A stretch of 63,001 nt of DNA, counting the filler, from Octopus bimaculoides (Eukaryota), in NCBI RefSeq assembly GCF_001194135.2. It is 5 parts of 5 records of this genome, joined end to end, with 100 filler letters (N's around TTAATTAATTAA, not from the genome) between each part and the next. Parts side by side here need not be neighbours in the genome. Positions count along the whole stretch, not along the records: positions 1 to 29,067 come from NC_068982.1; positions 29,168 to 50,093 come from NC_068985.1; 3 more parts are not named here. The stretch is one strand, 5' to 3'. A program made the translations under genes and the position numbers. The notes beneath the pieces are model-generated. The model did not search any database. It was not told the origin of the DNA and saw only the letters and a program-made list of their open reading frames with translations. Position 1 is the stretch's first letter, and every line of letters starts with the position of its first letter. This document shows, one piece after another, positions 24,733-36,946 of this stretch.

Positions 24733-25822
24733 AATATTTTCCTGGAGATACCAACTGCAGAATTTTATATGCTTTATTCTCCTGCAAGTGTGTATAACAT
24801 TATTGCGCATACAAACCCACATACATACATGCATGCATACATACATACATACATACATAAATACATACATTCATACATAAGTATGTAATATATGCATACA
24901 TATGCATATCCATGCCTATATGTGTATGAGAGAGCGTATCTTTGCATTTGTGTGTATGTGTGACATTAGCGCTAGAATGTAAATATGAGACTGGAAAGAA
25001 TGTTCCCATACCGATAGTAGTGATATATAATTCACTGGCCGTTGAAAATTCAAAATGTGTTACTCACTGCTTGTCCTCAGGCGACTATAAAATGTAGAAA
25101 TTTGCTACATAATAATCATGCGGTGAAAATGTTCGAACTCTATCACGAAAGCAAGTTGGATAATATGAAATATAGCAATTTTAAATTGACAATAAGATTC
25201 ATACGTAAATACGAAGTCTGGTAAGTCATGTTGCTTACTGTGGTAGAGGTGAGTTTCTGTTGTTGTAGTTCCATTCATGGAACAGAGCACCCCTCCACCA
25301 AACTACGCAACATGACGATTACAGACAGAACGAGAGAAAAAATAGACATAGTTACAGACAGTATAATACAGAAGCCCATAAACATACACACAAGACCACA
25401 TATAAATATTTAAGAAGGAATGAGAAAAGGAAGAAAATAAACGAATATAAAAATGAAACAGCTAAATAAAGACGCAGGTACAAACAGTGTAGTAAATAAA
25501 CCCATATGCATGCTCACAAAGCACACATACTAAATACAGACATGCAGATATAGACGCAAACGCATGCGCAAATAAGGATACACACATCAGAAGGACAGAA
25601 TGGGTTAATAAGAACAAGTGTAGACATATGGGATGGAGAGCACCTCAAGAGGTTACCCAATGCGTGATGAAATATTTTAGACAATGAACATTAAAATAGA
25701 AACTAATATGGTAATAATGATAAATCTGAAGTGAAGAACGAGTATATAGTGCGCGTGGTTATTTTCCAAAACGAAAACAAAAGTACAAAAAAAATAAAGA
25801 AATGACCATCCCCAAATATATA

Positions 25823-27102
25823 CAAGGTCTTGCAGATAAATTGAGACAATTTTTATGATCCATAAAACTGGTTATAAATACTAAAATACTAAAATACTAA
25901 AATACTAAAATACTAAAACTGGTTATAAATACTAAAATAAATACTAAAATAATGGTAGTAAACAGATATAATTTTAATGTAACATTTATTACAACAAAAT
26001 CATTTATTACAAAATATGGCCGTCCTTTTGAGAAATCACTTCCTCCGCATGAGAAAGAAATTTTTTGCAGCTGCTGCAACCTTCATCTTTTTCATTTTGC
26101 GTGTCGCACGCTCAATGCAGGTCTTTAAACTGTTGACACTCGAGTGTGGTGAAGCATTGGTCCTTGGTTGAATTACGCAACGTAAAAAGTAATCGTGAAG
26201 GCTGAGATCTGGGCTATTACTGGCCAGATGTTGGCCCTCACAAAAAATGTCACCTGCTCACCAAGGAAGACATGTGTAGCTTTTGACCCATGGCATAGTG
26301 CGGAATCCTGGATAAGCACCACGTTGTCAAGCTCAAACTTCTGCTCCAGCCAAGGTAACAGAGAGTTCTTCAGGATGTCCAGATGCTCCTTTGTGCCAAT
26401 CTTCAAGCCAGACTCAATGAAGTGTGGATCCATAACACGTCCAATAATCGCCACGGCTCTAAACACCATCACAAAGGCAGGATTCTTAGTCTCAAACTCA
26501 CACGGTTTGTATGCAATCGTCTCAACGTTCACAGAAAACTTCTTCTCGCCCACAAACATGAGAGTTTTTCCTGCACCTTGATGCTTGATGAAGGACAGAA
26601 ATTTTGGGCATCTCTCGGCTCTGATTGCTTTGGCTGTTAGGCGGTGACGGTGTCGTTGAACATAACTAGTCATGCCACAGCTCCTGATCAAGGTTCTGGA
26701 CACCTATGAAAGGAATACATTACGTTCCTTTGCAAGAGTTGTCATGGATGTGGATGGGCTGGCTTCAGTCGAGCGTTTGAAGCCAGAGAGAAGCCTTGGA
26801 TTGCACTCGGAATGACTTCGAGTCTTGTGATCTTTTCTATCAATCTTTCCGTCTTTTTAAATTGTGTATACACACGATAAACCGTTGCTTTTGGAAGTTT
26901 CGTCAACTTAACAATTGTATTGGCAGTGTGCACAGCGTGCGGCAAAACAACAGTGGCGGAACTATTCTGTTGTTCGCTATTGACATGAAAAATAAAGAGG
27001 AGGATTATATTTTCGAGCGAGCGAGATTTTGTCAAAAATTAAATATTAAACCAACTTAAACCCAACTGCTTAAATTGTTATCAATTTATTTGCAAGATCC
27101 TA
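25823..27102 (-). mobile_element. Full-length but decayed maT-type (DD37D) Tc1/mariner transposon with ~30-bp TIRs and TA TSD
   Basis: TIRs caaggtcttgcagataaattga / taggatcttgcaaataaattga; TA at 25821-22 and 27103-04; HTH region in ORF 26742..27035 and DDE region in ORF 26173..26703; QDSA...SPDLSLHD spacing counts 37 residues across one frameshift. Confidence 0.9.
25862..25950. repeat. (TAAAATAC)n octamer minisatellite with duplicated aaactggttataaatac, inside the maT 3' region
   Basis: Directly visible. Confidence 0.85.
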
Positions 27103-27396
27103 TATATATATAAATGAAATATAGAATGAATTATAAAGTCGTTACTGTTTTATGCTTAATCGTACGGTGGGAAATATAATATAAGCGAAATTCAGTGAAA
27201 GTGCTTTGGATAATATAAAAATGTAATAGTTTACATTGGTTGTGCATTCAAGCGAATGAGTCTGTTCTCGAAGAAGATTGTATGACATGCATCTATAAGA
27301 AATTGTATATTCCCGCTAGTGCTTGTTTCTTCATAAAAATATAGGTGTTATCTCTGTCAGTACCTTCGTTTATTTAAACTCCTTCAATGCAGGAAC

Positions 27397-27449
<53 letters not shown>

Positions 27450-28237
27450 CAGAAATATGGAGTAATAAATGGAAAGATTCAGAATTGTATATAGTATATG
27501 TGTATATAATATATAGTTAATACATTTCACTGTAGCATTTAAGAGGAACAACTTGTCGTTTATAAATGTTTTATTGAACAAACTGCTGCGTTCTTCTAGT
27601 TTTAATAATATGCCCGTTTATTTTTGTTTTTTTTTTTACTTATATTTTATGATTTTCCCGTAGGTTTTTCGGAACACTAATGTTCAAACATCCTGCTTCC
27701 TTATTTTAAAACTCACAATAGTGTCTAGATTGTTGACTGCATTCAACAATATAATGTGGAAGACTAAACATTGTAATCTTCATGATAACAGCTATACTTT
27801 TTCATAAACGTTTGGGTTTTCATCACAGGGTCGCTATGATCTGACAAAAATATATAATTACAATGCACTGCATAACAGAATACAAAGCAGGGTACATAAA
27901 TATTGGTAAACAACGCGTACGTCTTATGGCAAACTTTATACAAAAATGGACGATTAATAACGAAATCAATAGCCATACGTCTGTACAAAGCTAAAATAAA
28001 TATACATTGATCACTATACAAAATAAACGCTCGTTCGACTATGTATAAATCTAACGGTAAATATTCAAAATACGTCGGGAACACTTCATCAATCATATTA
28101 CATTGATATTATTTTTGTACATGTGTGTAGGTTTGTGCATTCCTTTAAAGTAGAATGCAAGCTTTCCTCTCTTTCTCTCTCTTCTCTTTCTCCCTCGGTC
28201 TCTGTATCATGATGCACCACATCTTTTCTTCCTTTGC

Positions 28238-28271
<34 letters not shown>

Positions 28272-29067
28272 GTGTGTGTGTGTGTATACATTTATTTATA
28301 TTTATATATATATATATATATATATATTTATACGTATATAAATATATATATATACATACACATTCATGCAAACACATATATAAATATAGATAGATTTAGA
28401 TGTGTGTGCGTGTATAGTTTGGAGAGGAAGGTCTAACAACAAACCTTGTATGTTGAGAGAGGTGCAGAAAAATAAGGAGGAACAGAGAAAGGCGGAAATG
28501 AAGAGGAGCTACAGAGGAAGGGCATGGATAGAATATCCGATATCCGATTTGTACAGAATGCTGATGGTGTTTGCGTAAAAAAGGACGAAGAATCATTCAT
28601 AAATTGATTCATGCATGCACACATACATACATATCTTTAGATATCTTTATATATTTACATATCTTTATACACACACTCAGTCACAAACATACACGAACAC
28701 ACGCATACATACGTACAAACAAGTATGCAATATATCCGAAATATATGCTCACGTATTTTCTCAATTGATGCATTGATTTGTTAGTGAATGTGAGTGATAG
28801 ATTATTATGTTGTTTAAAACATTATCCGCTGAGAAGGGAAAGCGGTATAATAAATGGCATACAATGTTTGCTGGAATGTTGTCATGTCAAATAATGGACG
28901 GAACAGCTACAAATGGACGAGACAATGAGGAATAGTGATATGACCTGACCTAAATATGTTTGTCTGCTGCGTAAGTGTAATAGTAGATTCTGTTCAAAAC
29001 GATATGAATGTATATGTACACATATTTATGCGCGTGTATGTGCATGTATATATATATATATATATAT

Positions 29068-29167
29068 NNNNNNNNNNNNNNNNNNNNNNNNNNNNNNNNN
29101 NNNNNNNNNNNTTAATTAATTAANNNNNNNNNNNNNNNNNNNNNNNNNNNNNNNNNNNNNNNNNNNN
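29068..29167. other. Assembly spacer: 44 N + TTAATTAATTAA + 44 N (also 50094-50193, 59106-59205, 60971-61070)
   Basis: Identical 100-bp structure four times; the 12-mer places stops in all six frames. Confidence 0.95.
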
Positions 29168-29470
29168 ATTCTGGATTATTATTCGTTTTTTTTTTTGTTT
29201 TTTTTACTTAATTTTTAAGAGCGGTCGGGTTCAGTTTTAGTATTCAGTTTTAGCAGTCAAGTATATTTTAGACATTCTCATTTTAAAAATCATCTCTAGC
29301 TAATCGTTGAGAGGACGTTGGTGTTGCCTTGGCGGAAGTTTGCGCTCTCTGAGTGCTCTTGTTAATACTTACTATTAATCAGGAGTAATTCACTCCCGAC
29401 ACGTGCCCGTTGCTTACACACATGCATGCACACACACACATTCACACACACATACACAAACACACACACA

Positions 29471-29505
<35 letters not shown>

Positions 29506-30575
29506 CACACGTATATGCATATAAGTATATATATATATATATAAAATGTGTGTGCATGTATGTATGTATGTATGTATGTATGTATGTATGGAGGTAAGCA
29601 TGAATAATGGAGTGTTTTATAATTATAGAATATAGAATTATAAAAACTGTAAACATTAAGTGTGAAAACGTTTCACAAGAACCGTAGAGTTAGGTGTAAT
29701 TAATAATTTTATTGATAGTCACTTGTAATTGTTTGTGCGGGTGTACATACATACATATGTGTGTATATATATATATATACATATATACATACATACATAC
29801 ATATACAACTGTGTGCATACATATATGAATGTGTGAGTGTGTGTGTGAGTGTGCATACTTATATGAATGAGTGTGTGTGCGTGTGTGTGTATGCGTGTGT
29901 GTGTGTGCGTGCGTGTGTGTGTGGGTGTGTGTGTGTGTGTGGGTGTGTGGGTGTGTGTGTTAGTAAATCAAATTTCAACATTCTCCAATTTTCATATTAC
30001 ATTTTTGTGTTTTTAGAATGTTACGAAATAGCATTTTACAATATCACAAGTACTTTCATATTTATAACAATTCTAAGGTAAATAAATATTTGTTAAAGCT
30101 ACATTTGTTATAAAACTTTACTTGTAATATTGTAATATATAATTTCGTAAACTTGGAAAATGTATGAAAACCAGATTACCTATGTGTATGCGAGAGAATG
30201 TTCATATATATATACGTATATTATATGTGTGTATGTATGTAATATATATATATCCTACGTTTATTAAACATAGTTTTTGCTTCTCTATGAGATATAGTCT
30301 GGGTGAGATATCAACCCGAAAAGCCTTAATAATCGATTAATCGGTTCAATCTCTTTCTCTGGTGCTTGAGTACCCTGTTGTTTAACAACGGGCTCTACAT
30401 TTCACAGTGCAGTTAAGATATGCTTTGAATCTATGATACTAATTGTGATTGCAATTCTGTCATAAGCGCTTGTCGTACTGCAGTCAATATGTACATTTCT
30501 TCAATTTTCTTTCTTTTTCACGGATCGACTTTTGACCAGTCAACGGTTTCTGTATTTCATCTACATCGTTTAGGC

Positions 30576-30689
30576 CAGGCATGGTCAACCTTTTTCGAGA
30601 AGCGGGCAGCACAACTGAAAATTGCAAGGCAATTTTTTTTTAAGTCTGCCATGCAGAAAGTCTCGCGAGCAGCAGTTTGCTTGTGACTG
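30576..30689. mobile_element. 114-bp non-autonomous hAT (Charlie-like) MITE
   Basis: Exact 8-bp TSD GTTTAGGC at 30568-30575 and 30690-30697; ends CAGGCATGGTCAAC / degenerate gtttgcttgtgactg. Confidence 0.75.
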
Positions 30690-30779
30690 GTTTAGGCACT
30701 TAAACTGACCTAGAAAAATTTGACCATTTCGAGTCAGCCAAGACTTCTAAGTATACTGACTTTTTCAGAATCGAAACTT

Positions 30780-30838
30780 AGTTGTCTCTTTGCTTTGTAA
30801 GTGAACTTGGTAGACGGAAAATGAGTAAAAACCAGCCA
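30780..30838 (+). mobile_element. Diverged SINE fragment facing the 31062-31225 copy across a TA/N gap
   Basis: ctttgtaagtgaacttggtagacggaaaatga resembles ccttgtgagtggatttggtagacggaaactga. Confidence 0.6.
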
Positions 30839-31061
30839 TATATATATATATATANNNNNNNNNNNNNNNNNNNNNNNNNNNNNNNNNNNNNNNNNNNNNN
30901 NNNNNNNNNNNNNNNNNNNNNNNNNNNNNNNNNNNNNNNNNNNNNNNNNNNNNNNNNNNNNNNNNNNNNNNNNNNNNNNNNNNNNNNNNNNNNNNNNNNN
31001 NNNNNNNNNNNNNNNNNNNNNNNNNNNNNNNNNNATATATATATATTCATATACATATATA

Positions 31062-31225
31062 CGACGGGCTTCTTTCAGTTTCCGTCTACCAAATCCACTC
31101 ACAAGGCTTTGGTCGGCCCGAGGCTATAGTAGAAGACACTTACCCAAGGTGCCACGCAGTGGGACTGAACCCAGAACCATGTGGTTGGTAAACAAGCTAC
31201 TTACCACACAGCCACTCCTGCGCCT
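31062..31225 (-). mobile_element. tRNA-derived SINE 5' half (family starting aggcgcaggagtggctgtgtgg)
   Basis: A box tggctgtgtgg, B box ggttcagtcc, followed by ...gtagacggaaactgaaagaagcccgtcg(TA)n. Confidence 0.9.
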
Positions 31226-31234
31226 ATATGTGTG

Positions 31235-31269
<35 letters not shown>

Positions 31270-31289
31270 GTGCGTGCGTATGTGTGTAT

Positions 31290-31470
31290 GCGTATTTTGT
31301 GTTTGTCCCCATCACCAACGTTTGACAACAGGTGTAGGCTTGCTTAAGTCCCAATAACTTAGTGGTTCGGCAAAAGAAATGACAGAATAGATACCAGACT
31401 TAGAAATAAGAACTAGGGTCTATTTGTTCGACTAAAACTCCAAGACAGTGCTCCAGCATGACCAAAGTTC
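31290..31470 (+). mobile_element. SINE 3' half
   Basis: tgtgtttgtcccc...acttagtggttcggcaaaagaaat...gtgctccagcatg; homologous to 49830-50025. Confidence 0.7.
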
Positions 31471-31514
31471 TATGGCAGTGATGATTATATGATAAGGTAT
31501 AAAACAATATTCTT

Positions 31515-31939
31515 TTCTACTCTAGGCACAAGGCCCGAAGTTTTGTGGGGAGGAGACCAGTCGATTAGACCGACCCCAGTACGCAAATGGTACTTAATTT
31601 ATCGACCCCGAAAGGATGAAAGGCAAAGCCGACCTCGGCGAAATTTGAACTCAGAACGTAAAGACAGACGAAATACCGCTAAGCATTTCGCCCGGCGTGC
31701 TAACGTTTCTTATATCTCTATTGCCCGCAAGGGGCTAAACATAGAAGGGACAAACAAGGACAGACAAAGGGATTAAGTCGATTAGATCGATCCCCAGTGC
31801 GTAACTGGTACTTAATTTATCGGCCTCGAAAGGATGAAAGGCAAAGCCGACCTCGGCGGAATTTGAACTCAGAACGTAAAGACAGACGAAATACCGCTAG
31901 GCATTTCGCCCGGTATGCTAACGTTTCTGCCAGCTCACC
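31515..31939 (-). mobile_element. Two tandem tRNA-SINE copies (ggcgagctggcagaaacgttagc head) with different 3' tails
   Basis: ~150-bp head/core repeated at ~31560-31710 and ~31775-31939; tails ccccacaaaacttcgggccttgtgcc versus ccctttgtctgtccttgtttgtccc. Confidence 0.9.
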
Positions 31940-32349
31940 ATTTTTATTTTGAGCTGAAAGGTGTTCTAAACCTTTTAACGGTATTTGAAATTAATTGATT
32001 CTCGTTTAAAGTCTTACTAGACCAGACGACCGTTCTTTAAAACATTACTAGTTAACGGTGTCCGTTGAGACTCCTACGACTATCTCGTAAAAGTTTCTGT
32101 TCCATTGAGATGTAATTATTATCATGATTATAACATATATTTCAACTACATTTATGATTTTGAGCTCATATTTCCCTTTACATTAAAGAACACGTGGTCG
32201 TTGTAGTCAGATATCACTTGGCAGCCGTCCATATTCACATTTCGCCATTACTTTACATATCACCACCACCACCACCACCACCACTAGGATAACTATTTTA
32301 TACACGCACACACACCAAATACACACACACATACACACACATTCATCCA

Positions 32350-32600
32350 TCCATCTTCTCCGACATTTATTCCTGGGAGGATCGGGATTGTGTTGAATAA
32401 TCAGATGCTTCTTCCATAAGGTCCTATCAGAAGCAAGTGTCATTAGATTTTCCTGTTGGATTCCTGTGACCAACTGAGACTGTAGCAGTTAACTAACCAC
32501 CTCGTTCTTAGCTTACCCCTAAGTCTCCTACCAGCTGGCTCGACTTGGAGGGTCCGTCTTGTGTTTGCGATCATACTCCTTCAGCCATTACCCAACATTT
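32350..32600 (-). mobile_element. Possible RTE-type LINE remnant (3' terminal peptide and UTR-like segment)
   Basis: VTGIQQENLMTLASDRTLWKK resembles the RTE C-terminal LAxDRxxWR; weak. Confidence 0.35.
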
Positions 32601-32672
32601 ATGAGTATAATAGGTGACATATTTTAACAATTATTGTATTACTTTAACGCTTGGAAGAAAGAAGGAAAATAG

Positions 32673-33120
32673 TTTTAACGTTTCGATTGTTTGTTCGTCG
32701 TCAGAAGAAAAAGTATGGATAGAATGAGAAAGAGAAAAAGCAATTAAAAAGAAAGAAGAAAAACGGGCCAGAAGTTAGAAGCCATGTGAGAATAGTGTTC
32801 TATAAGAAGGGATGGTTAGGGAGTAGAAGAAGCGTACAGTATTTTGAGAAGGGTATAAAGGAGGAGTGGTGTTTGTGTGTGTAACTGTATTGTGTATAAG
32901 GAAAGCGTAAAACTGAGGATATGCGAGCTGGTGTGGGTGTGAGATAAACGGAAAGACAAGAGTAATATGAAAGATGTAACTGAACTGTATGAGAAGGTAT
33001 GGGTATGAGACGTTGTTGCATGGAAGGAAGGCATGAACGAGGAAACGAATGAGGGTGAAGAGGTAGGAGTTCAAAGAGAGGAATGAGAGAAGAATGAGAA
33101 AAATTTTGAGAAAGAATAAT
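32673..33120 (-). mobile_element. Penelope-derived terminal arm ending in a hammerhead-like core (minus strand)
   Basis: Homologous over ~190 bp to 33135-33330 (cttccatgcaaca(a/g)cgtctca etc.); ends ttcttCTGACGAcgaacaaacaatcGAAACGTTaaaa. Penelope origin is inferred from the terminal motif. Confidence 0.6.
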
Positions 33121-33129
33121 AGTTTTATA

Positions 33130-33603
33130 CTTCTCACACTTCTCTTCTCTCCCTGAACTCTCATCTTTTCTCCCTCTTTCGTTCCGTTCTTCGTGCTTTA
33201 CTTCCATGCAACAGCGTCTCACGTGTAAACTCTTGCATACGCTTCGATGTCTCCCTCCACATTTCTCTTGCCTTTCTCTTTACCTCACACTCGCGCTTGC
33301 TCCTATCTTTTCACTTTCACGTTTTTCTCACACATGCACACTTCACACCCCTACAAACCTACACCACTAGACTGCCGGACTTGAACACCTCTACACACAT
33401 ACACCAAAATAAGCACATATTGCTCTAACTCCCCTCTCAGAACACGGATACGTTCATATATGTGCACACGCATACCCGACCCTCCACCTTATCTCCCTCC
33501 CTGGTATTGCCACCTAGCTTCTAATGAGACCTCCGTTTTTTCCCCCGCCTTTATTCTTCCACTGTCTTTCTTCCAACGAAAAACTAACGTCCGAAACGTG
33601 AAT
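33130..33603 (+). mobile_element. Penelope-derived terminal arm ending in a decayed hammerhead-like core (plus strand)
   Basis: Inverted partner of 32673-33120; ends ttcttCCAACGAaaaactaacgtccGAAACGTg; shares ccggacttgaacacctctacacac with ~36035-36060. Confidence 0.6.
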
Positions 33604-33619
33604 CCGCAACGGCATTCAT

Positions 33620-34310
33620 GAGGCGCAGACAGTCGCTACCAAGCTGAGTGATGGCACCGCATTGAGCCAAGCTCGGAAGTTTAGCGGAAACATGCCAGAC
33701 GGTGCTGGTCAAGTCGGCGTACTAACTCGTCCTTGATCATGCTACACTGGATGGCGTCTTCTTTCTTTTGAGAAACCGGACACCCATAGAAGGGAGAGAG
33801 GGGATGGACGCTAGCTGGCTTCATGTCACGTAGGCCACCTCATGTTCTCCAATTACAAACGGTTCAGTTGTGTTGTGAAGAACCCTGTTAATGAGGACAC
33901 AAGAGGTCACCGACGAGAGAAAAGCCTGTAGAGCCAGTGAGAGTGGAGATCGAAGGCCGAGGCCACCATGTTTGATGGGTGGGGTGGCCTGTTGCCATCC
34001 AGTGTCGTCGAAACCGAACGTTGCATATTTCTTCGGCGGCCCGTTGAATACAAAGGTTGAGATCCATAAGGAGAGATATGTGGCTGTCGCAGGGGGAACT
34101 GCTGAGGGTATACAGTAGCTTTGGCATGGCGAAGCTGTTCCCTAACAGGAACAGTACTGGATGACCATCGATAACCTTCAGTCTGTCCATCAATCTTTCA
34201 AGTTGCAGAAACTTAAACCTGAGGATGGAACGAATGGCAGACGGGAGGATCGGCAAACCGAGGATAAGGACTTTCTCTTTAGAGGTCACCTGTACCTGAA
34301 GTAGCGAACG
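33620..34310 (-). mobile_element. CRE-clade (RLE) non-LTR retrotransposon fragment, post-RT region
   Basis: LILGLPI...LMDRLKVIDGHPVLFLLGNSFAMPKLLYTLSSSPC...EEICNVRF; after a frameshift W(M)ATGHP / GGLG region; further on AWLNAVPSLSL, typical of CRE/Cnl1-like elements. Confidence 0.75.
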
Positions 34311-34679
34311 TACTTTATTTTTTATTCTTTCGTTATCCACTGACGTCGCCAAAACTTGAATACTAAAATAGCTTTCCTTAGAATATTATATTTATTCTTA
34401 GGGGTTTTTTTGTGGGGGGCAGTTTTTGTATACGTTCGTGTACTGGAAATATTTTCTTAGTTCACTTTGAACTTAACTAATTTTGAATCGCCATGAAAAC
34501 GTTGTGTTAGCATGTATTTTCGGATATATTAATTTAAGTGGAATTTTCTGTATCTACAGAAAGGATAGTTGGCATTGTATGGTGAATTCAACACTTAAAG
34601 ATATGGGGTTTTTTCTAACTATATACAATACAAACATAAAACAAAACATATAAATCTGCACTTGCACTGACTCTAAATA

Positions 34680-34925
<246 letters not shown>

Positions 34926-35431
34926 AGAAACATAAAAATTCAGTTTACTGAAATATATCTTTAAACCATATATATGGAACAAAATTCGGCGCTGTGATTA
35001 TCCAATTGATAGCTGTTAACAGACTTTTCAAAATTTCTAAAGTTCAACTTCGTTGAGGTGATACTGAGAAATCAAAGTCAGTCGAACTACAGGCATTCTC
35101 ATTTTAGGCTGCTTTCTGTCACATTCCGATAATTATTGAAACTTTTTTGCTCTATTTTTTGAAATTGATCTGGCAGCTTTTCACACGAGAATGTTGCCTG
35201 GAACGTTCGATATATCCAACTTATTTCATTCCCCTGCAAGATTAAACTATACACTGAGAGATATTCTTCCATACCTCGACTAACCCCCCATTAGTATGGT
35301 GCCACTAGAATGTACATTTTATGATACATGCATACATGAATACATATGTGTGTCAATTTATGACTAAATAGTTAAATTTACCCTGTTTATACCACTAGTA
35401 CATAAGTTACATTAAATATACATACATATAC

Positions 35432-35478
<47 letters not shown>

Positions 35479-35899
35479 GTAACCTATGGACTAGTTGTAT
35501 AAATAGCGTATATNNNNNNNNNNNNNNNNNNNNNNNNNNNNNNNNNNNNNNNNNNNNNNNNNNNNNNNNNNNNNNNNNNNNNNNNNNNNNNNNNNNNNNN
35601 NNNNNNNNNNNNNNNNNNNNNNNNNNNNNNNNNNNNNNNNNNNNNNNNNNNNNNNNNNNNNNNNNNNNNNNNNNNNNNNNNNNNNNNNNNNNNNNNNNNN
35701 NNATATATATATATATGAACAGCTAAGCGCAATATAATACCACAAAGGAAAACTTTTATCGTCACTAATTGTGACTGAGGGTGCCGAAGCATCTATGTGG
35801 CAAAAAATAGGAAATAACAAAAAATCTTAATGCTAGGAAACGCGTAATATATATAAATATATACATTAAAAGGGGAGATAACCGCCCAATGAGCATCTC

Positions 35900-36110
35900 T
35901 AGAGTCACTAGGCTAGACTAGTTTCGCCTATCAGTCGTAGGCTCCTCACAAATATACGATTACATACACGCACACCTCATACCCCTACTAACCTACACCA
36001 CTATACTTATTTCTTTACTTATGAATTTCTTAGCCGGACTTGAACACCTCTACACACGTACACATACCCAAAAAAGCACTCTCCGCTCCTCTTTATGCTT
36101 AGCTACAGTA
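35900..36110 (+). mobile_element. Further copy of the Penelope-derived repeat seen at 33340-33440
   Basis: Shared cacacc...cccctac.aacctacaccacta and gccggacttgaacacctctacacac. Confidence 0.55.
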
Positions 36111-36243
36111 CTTTTTGGCACTGAAGGCAAACATACATACACACTTATTCTCTCTCTCTCTCTTTCTTTCTCTCATACACTCTCTCTTTCTTTCTCTCAT
36201 ACACACACACACACACTCTCTCTCTCTTACACACACACACACT

Positions 36244-36274
<31 letters not shown>

Positions 36275-36276
36275 CC

Positions 36277-36321
<45 letters not shown>

Positions 36322-36529
36322 CACACATGCGCATGCATACGCACTCACGCATAGAAATATATACACAGAGTAAAGAGAGTGGGGGGAAAGGGAGAGAAAG
36401 AGACGTTACAATTTATTAATTGAACACGACTGACATAAACACTTTTCCTATCCTCACTCACATAAGAAGAAATATGCTTACACACACAGACAGTGAGAGA
36501 AATGGGAGAAGGAGAAACATTAAATCATC

Positions 36530-36700
36530 AAATGTCAAGTGAGTCAGTGTAGAATCTGCAACGCCAAATAGGCGGCACCAGCACGGCTGCGCCGAAACGT
36601 CTCAACCACATTCCCTCCTAAGTCGGTCATGCGTGTGAGTCATGTGGAAGTTTAAACAACGTCACTGACTCGGATTGCCGGAAGTTTTACGCTTCCTCTC
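36530..36700. promoter_or_regulatory. CpG-rich patch with two AP-1 sites (TGAGTCA), one half-degenerate AP-1 site and an ETS site (CCGGAAGT)
   Basis: TGAGTCA at 36540-36546 and 36636-36642, TGACTC at 36666-36671, CCGGAAGT at 36678-36685; motif evidence only. Confidence 0.25.
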
Positions 36701-36736
36701 ATATTTTGTTCGGGATATTATTCATCTTATTATAGC

Positions 36737-36946
36737 GGCGAGCTGGCAGAATCGTTACTGCACCGGTCAAAATGCTTAGCGGCATTTCCTTCGTCTTTAC
36801 GTTCTGAATTCCGCGGTGATCAACTCTGCCTTTCATCTTTTCGGGGTCGATAAAATGAATACCAGTTGAACATTGGGGTCAATGTAATCGTCTAAACTCA
36901 TCCCCGAACTTGCTGGACTTGTGCTGAGATTTGAAACCGATATTAT
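36737..36946 (+). mobile_element. tRNA-derived SINE, same head family as 31515-31939
   Basis: ggcgagctggcagaatcgttac...tgcctttcatcttttcggggtcgataaaa...ttgaaaccgatattatt. Confidence 0.85.

Noticed and set aside
25090-25110. 17-nt micro-exon TCGCCTGAGGACAAGCA (minus) and GTCTG|gtaagt donor at ~25221 (plus)
   Set aside because: Splice-like motifs on both strands with no phase fit to the candidate chain; chance level
28440-28600. Purine-rich segment resembling Penelope-derived arms (also 37940-38250)
   Set aside because: Similarity too weak by eye to call as a feature; no hammerhead core found
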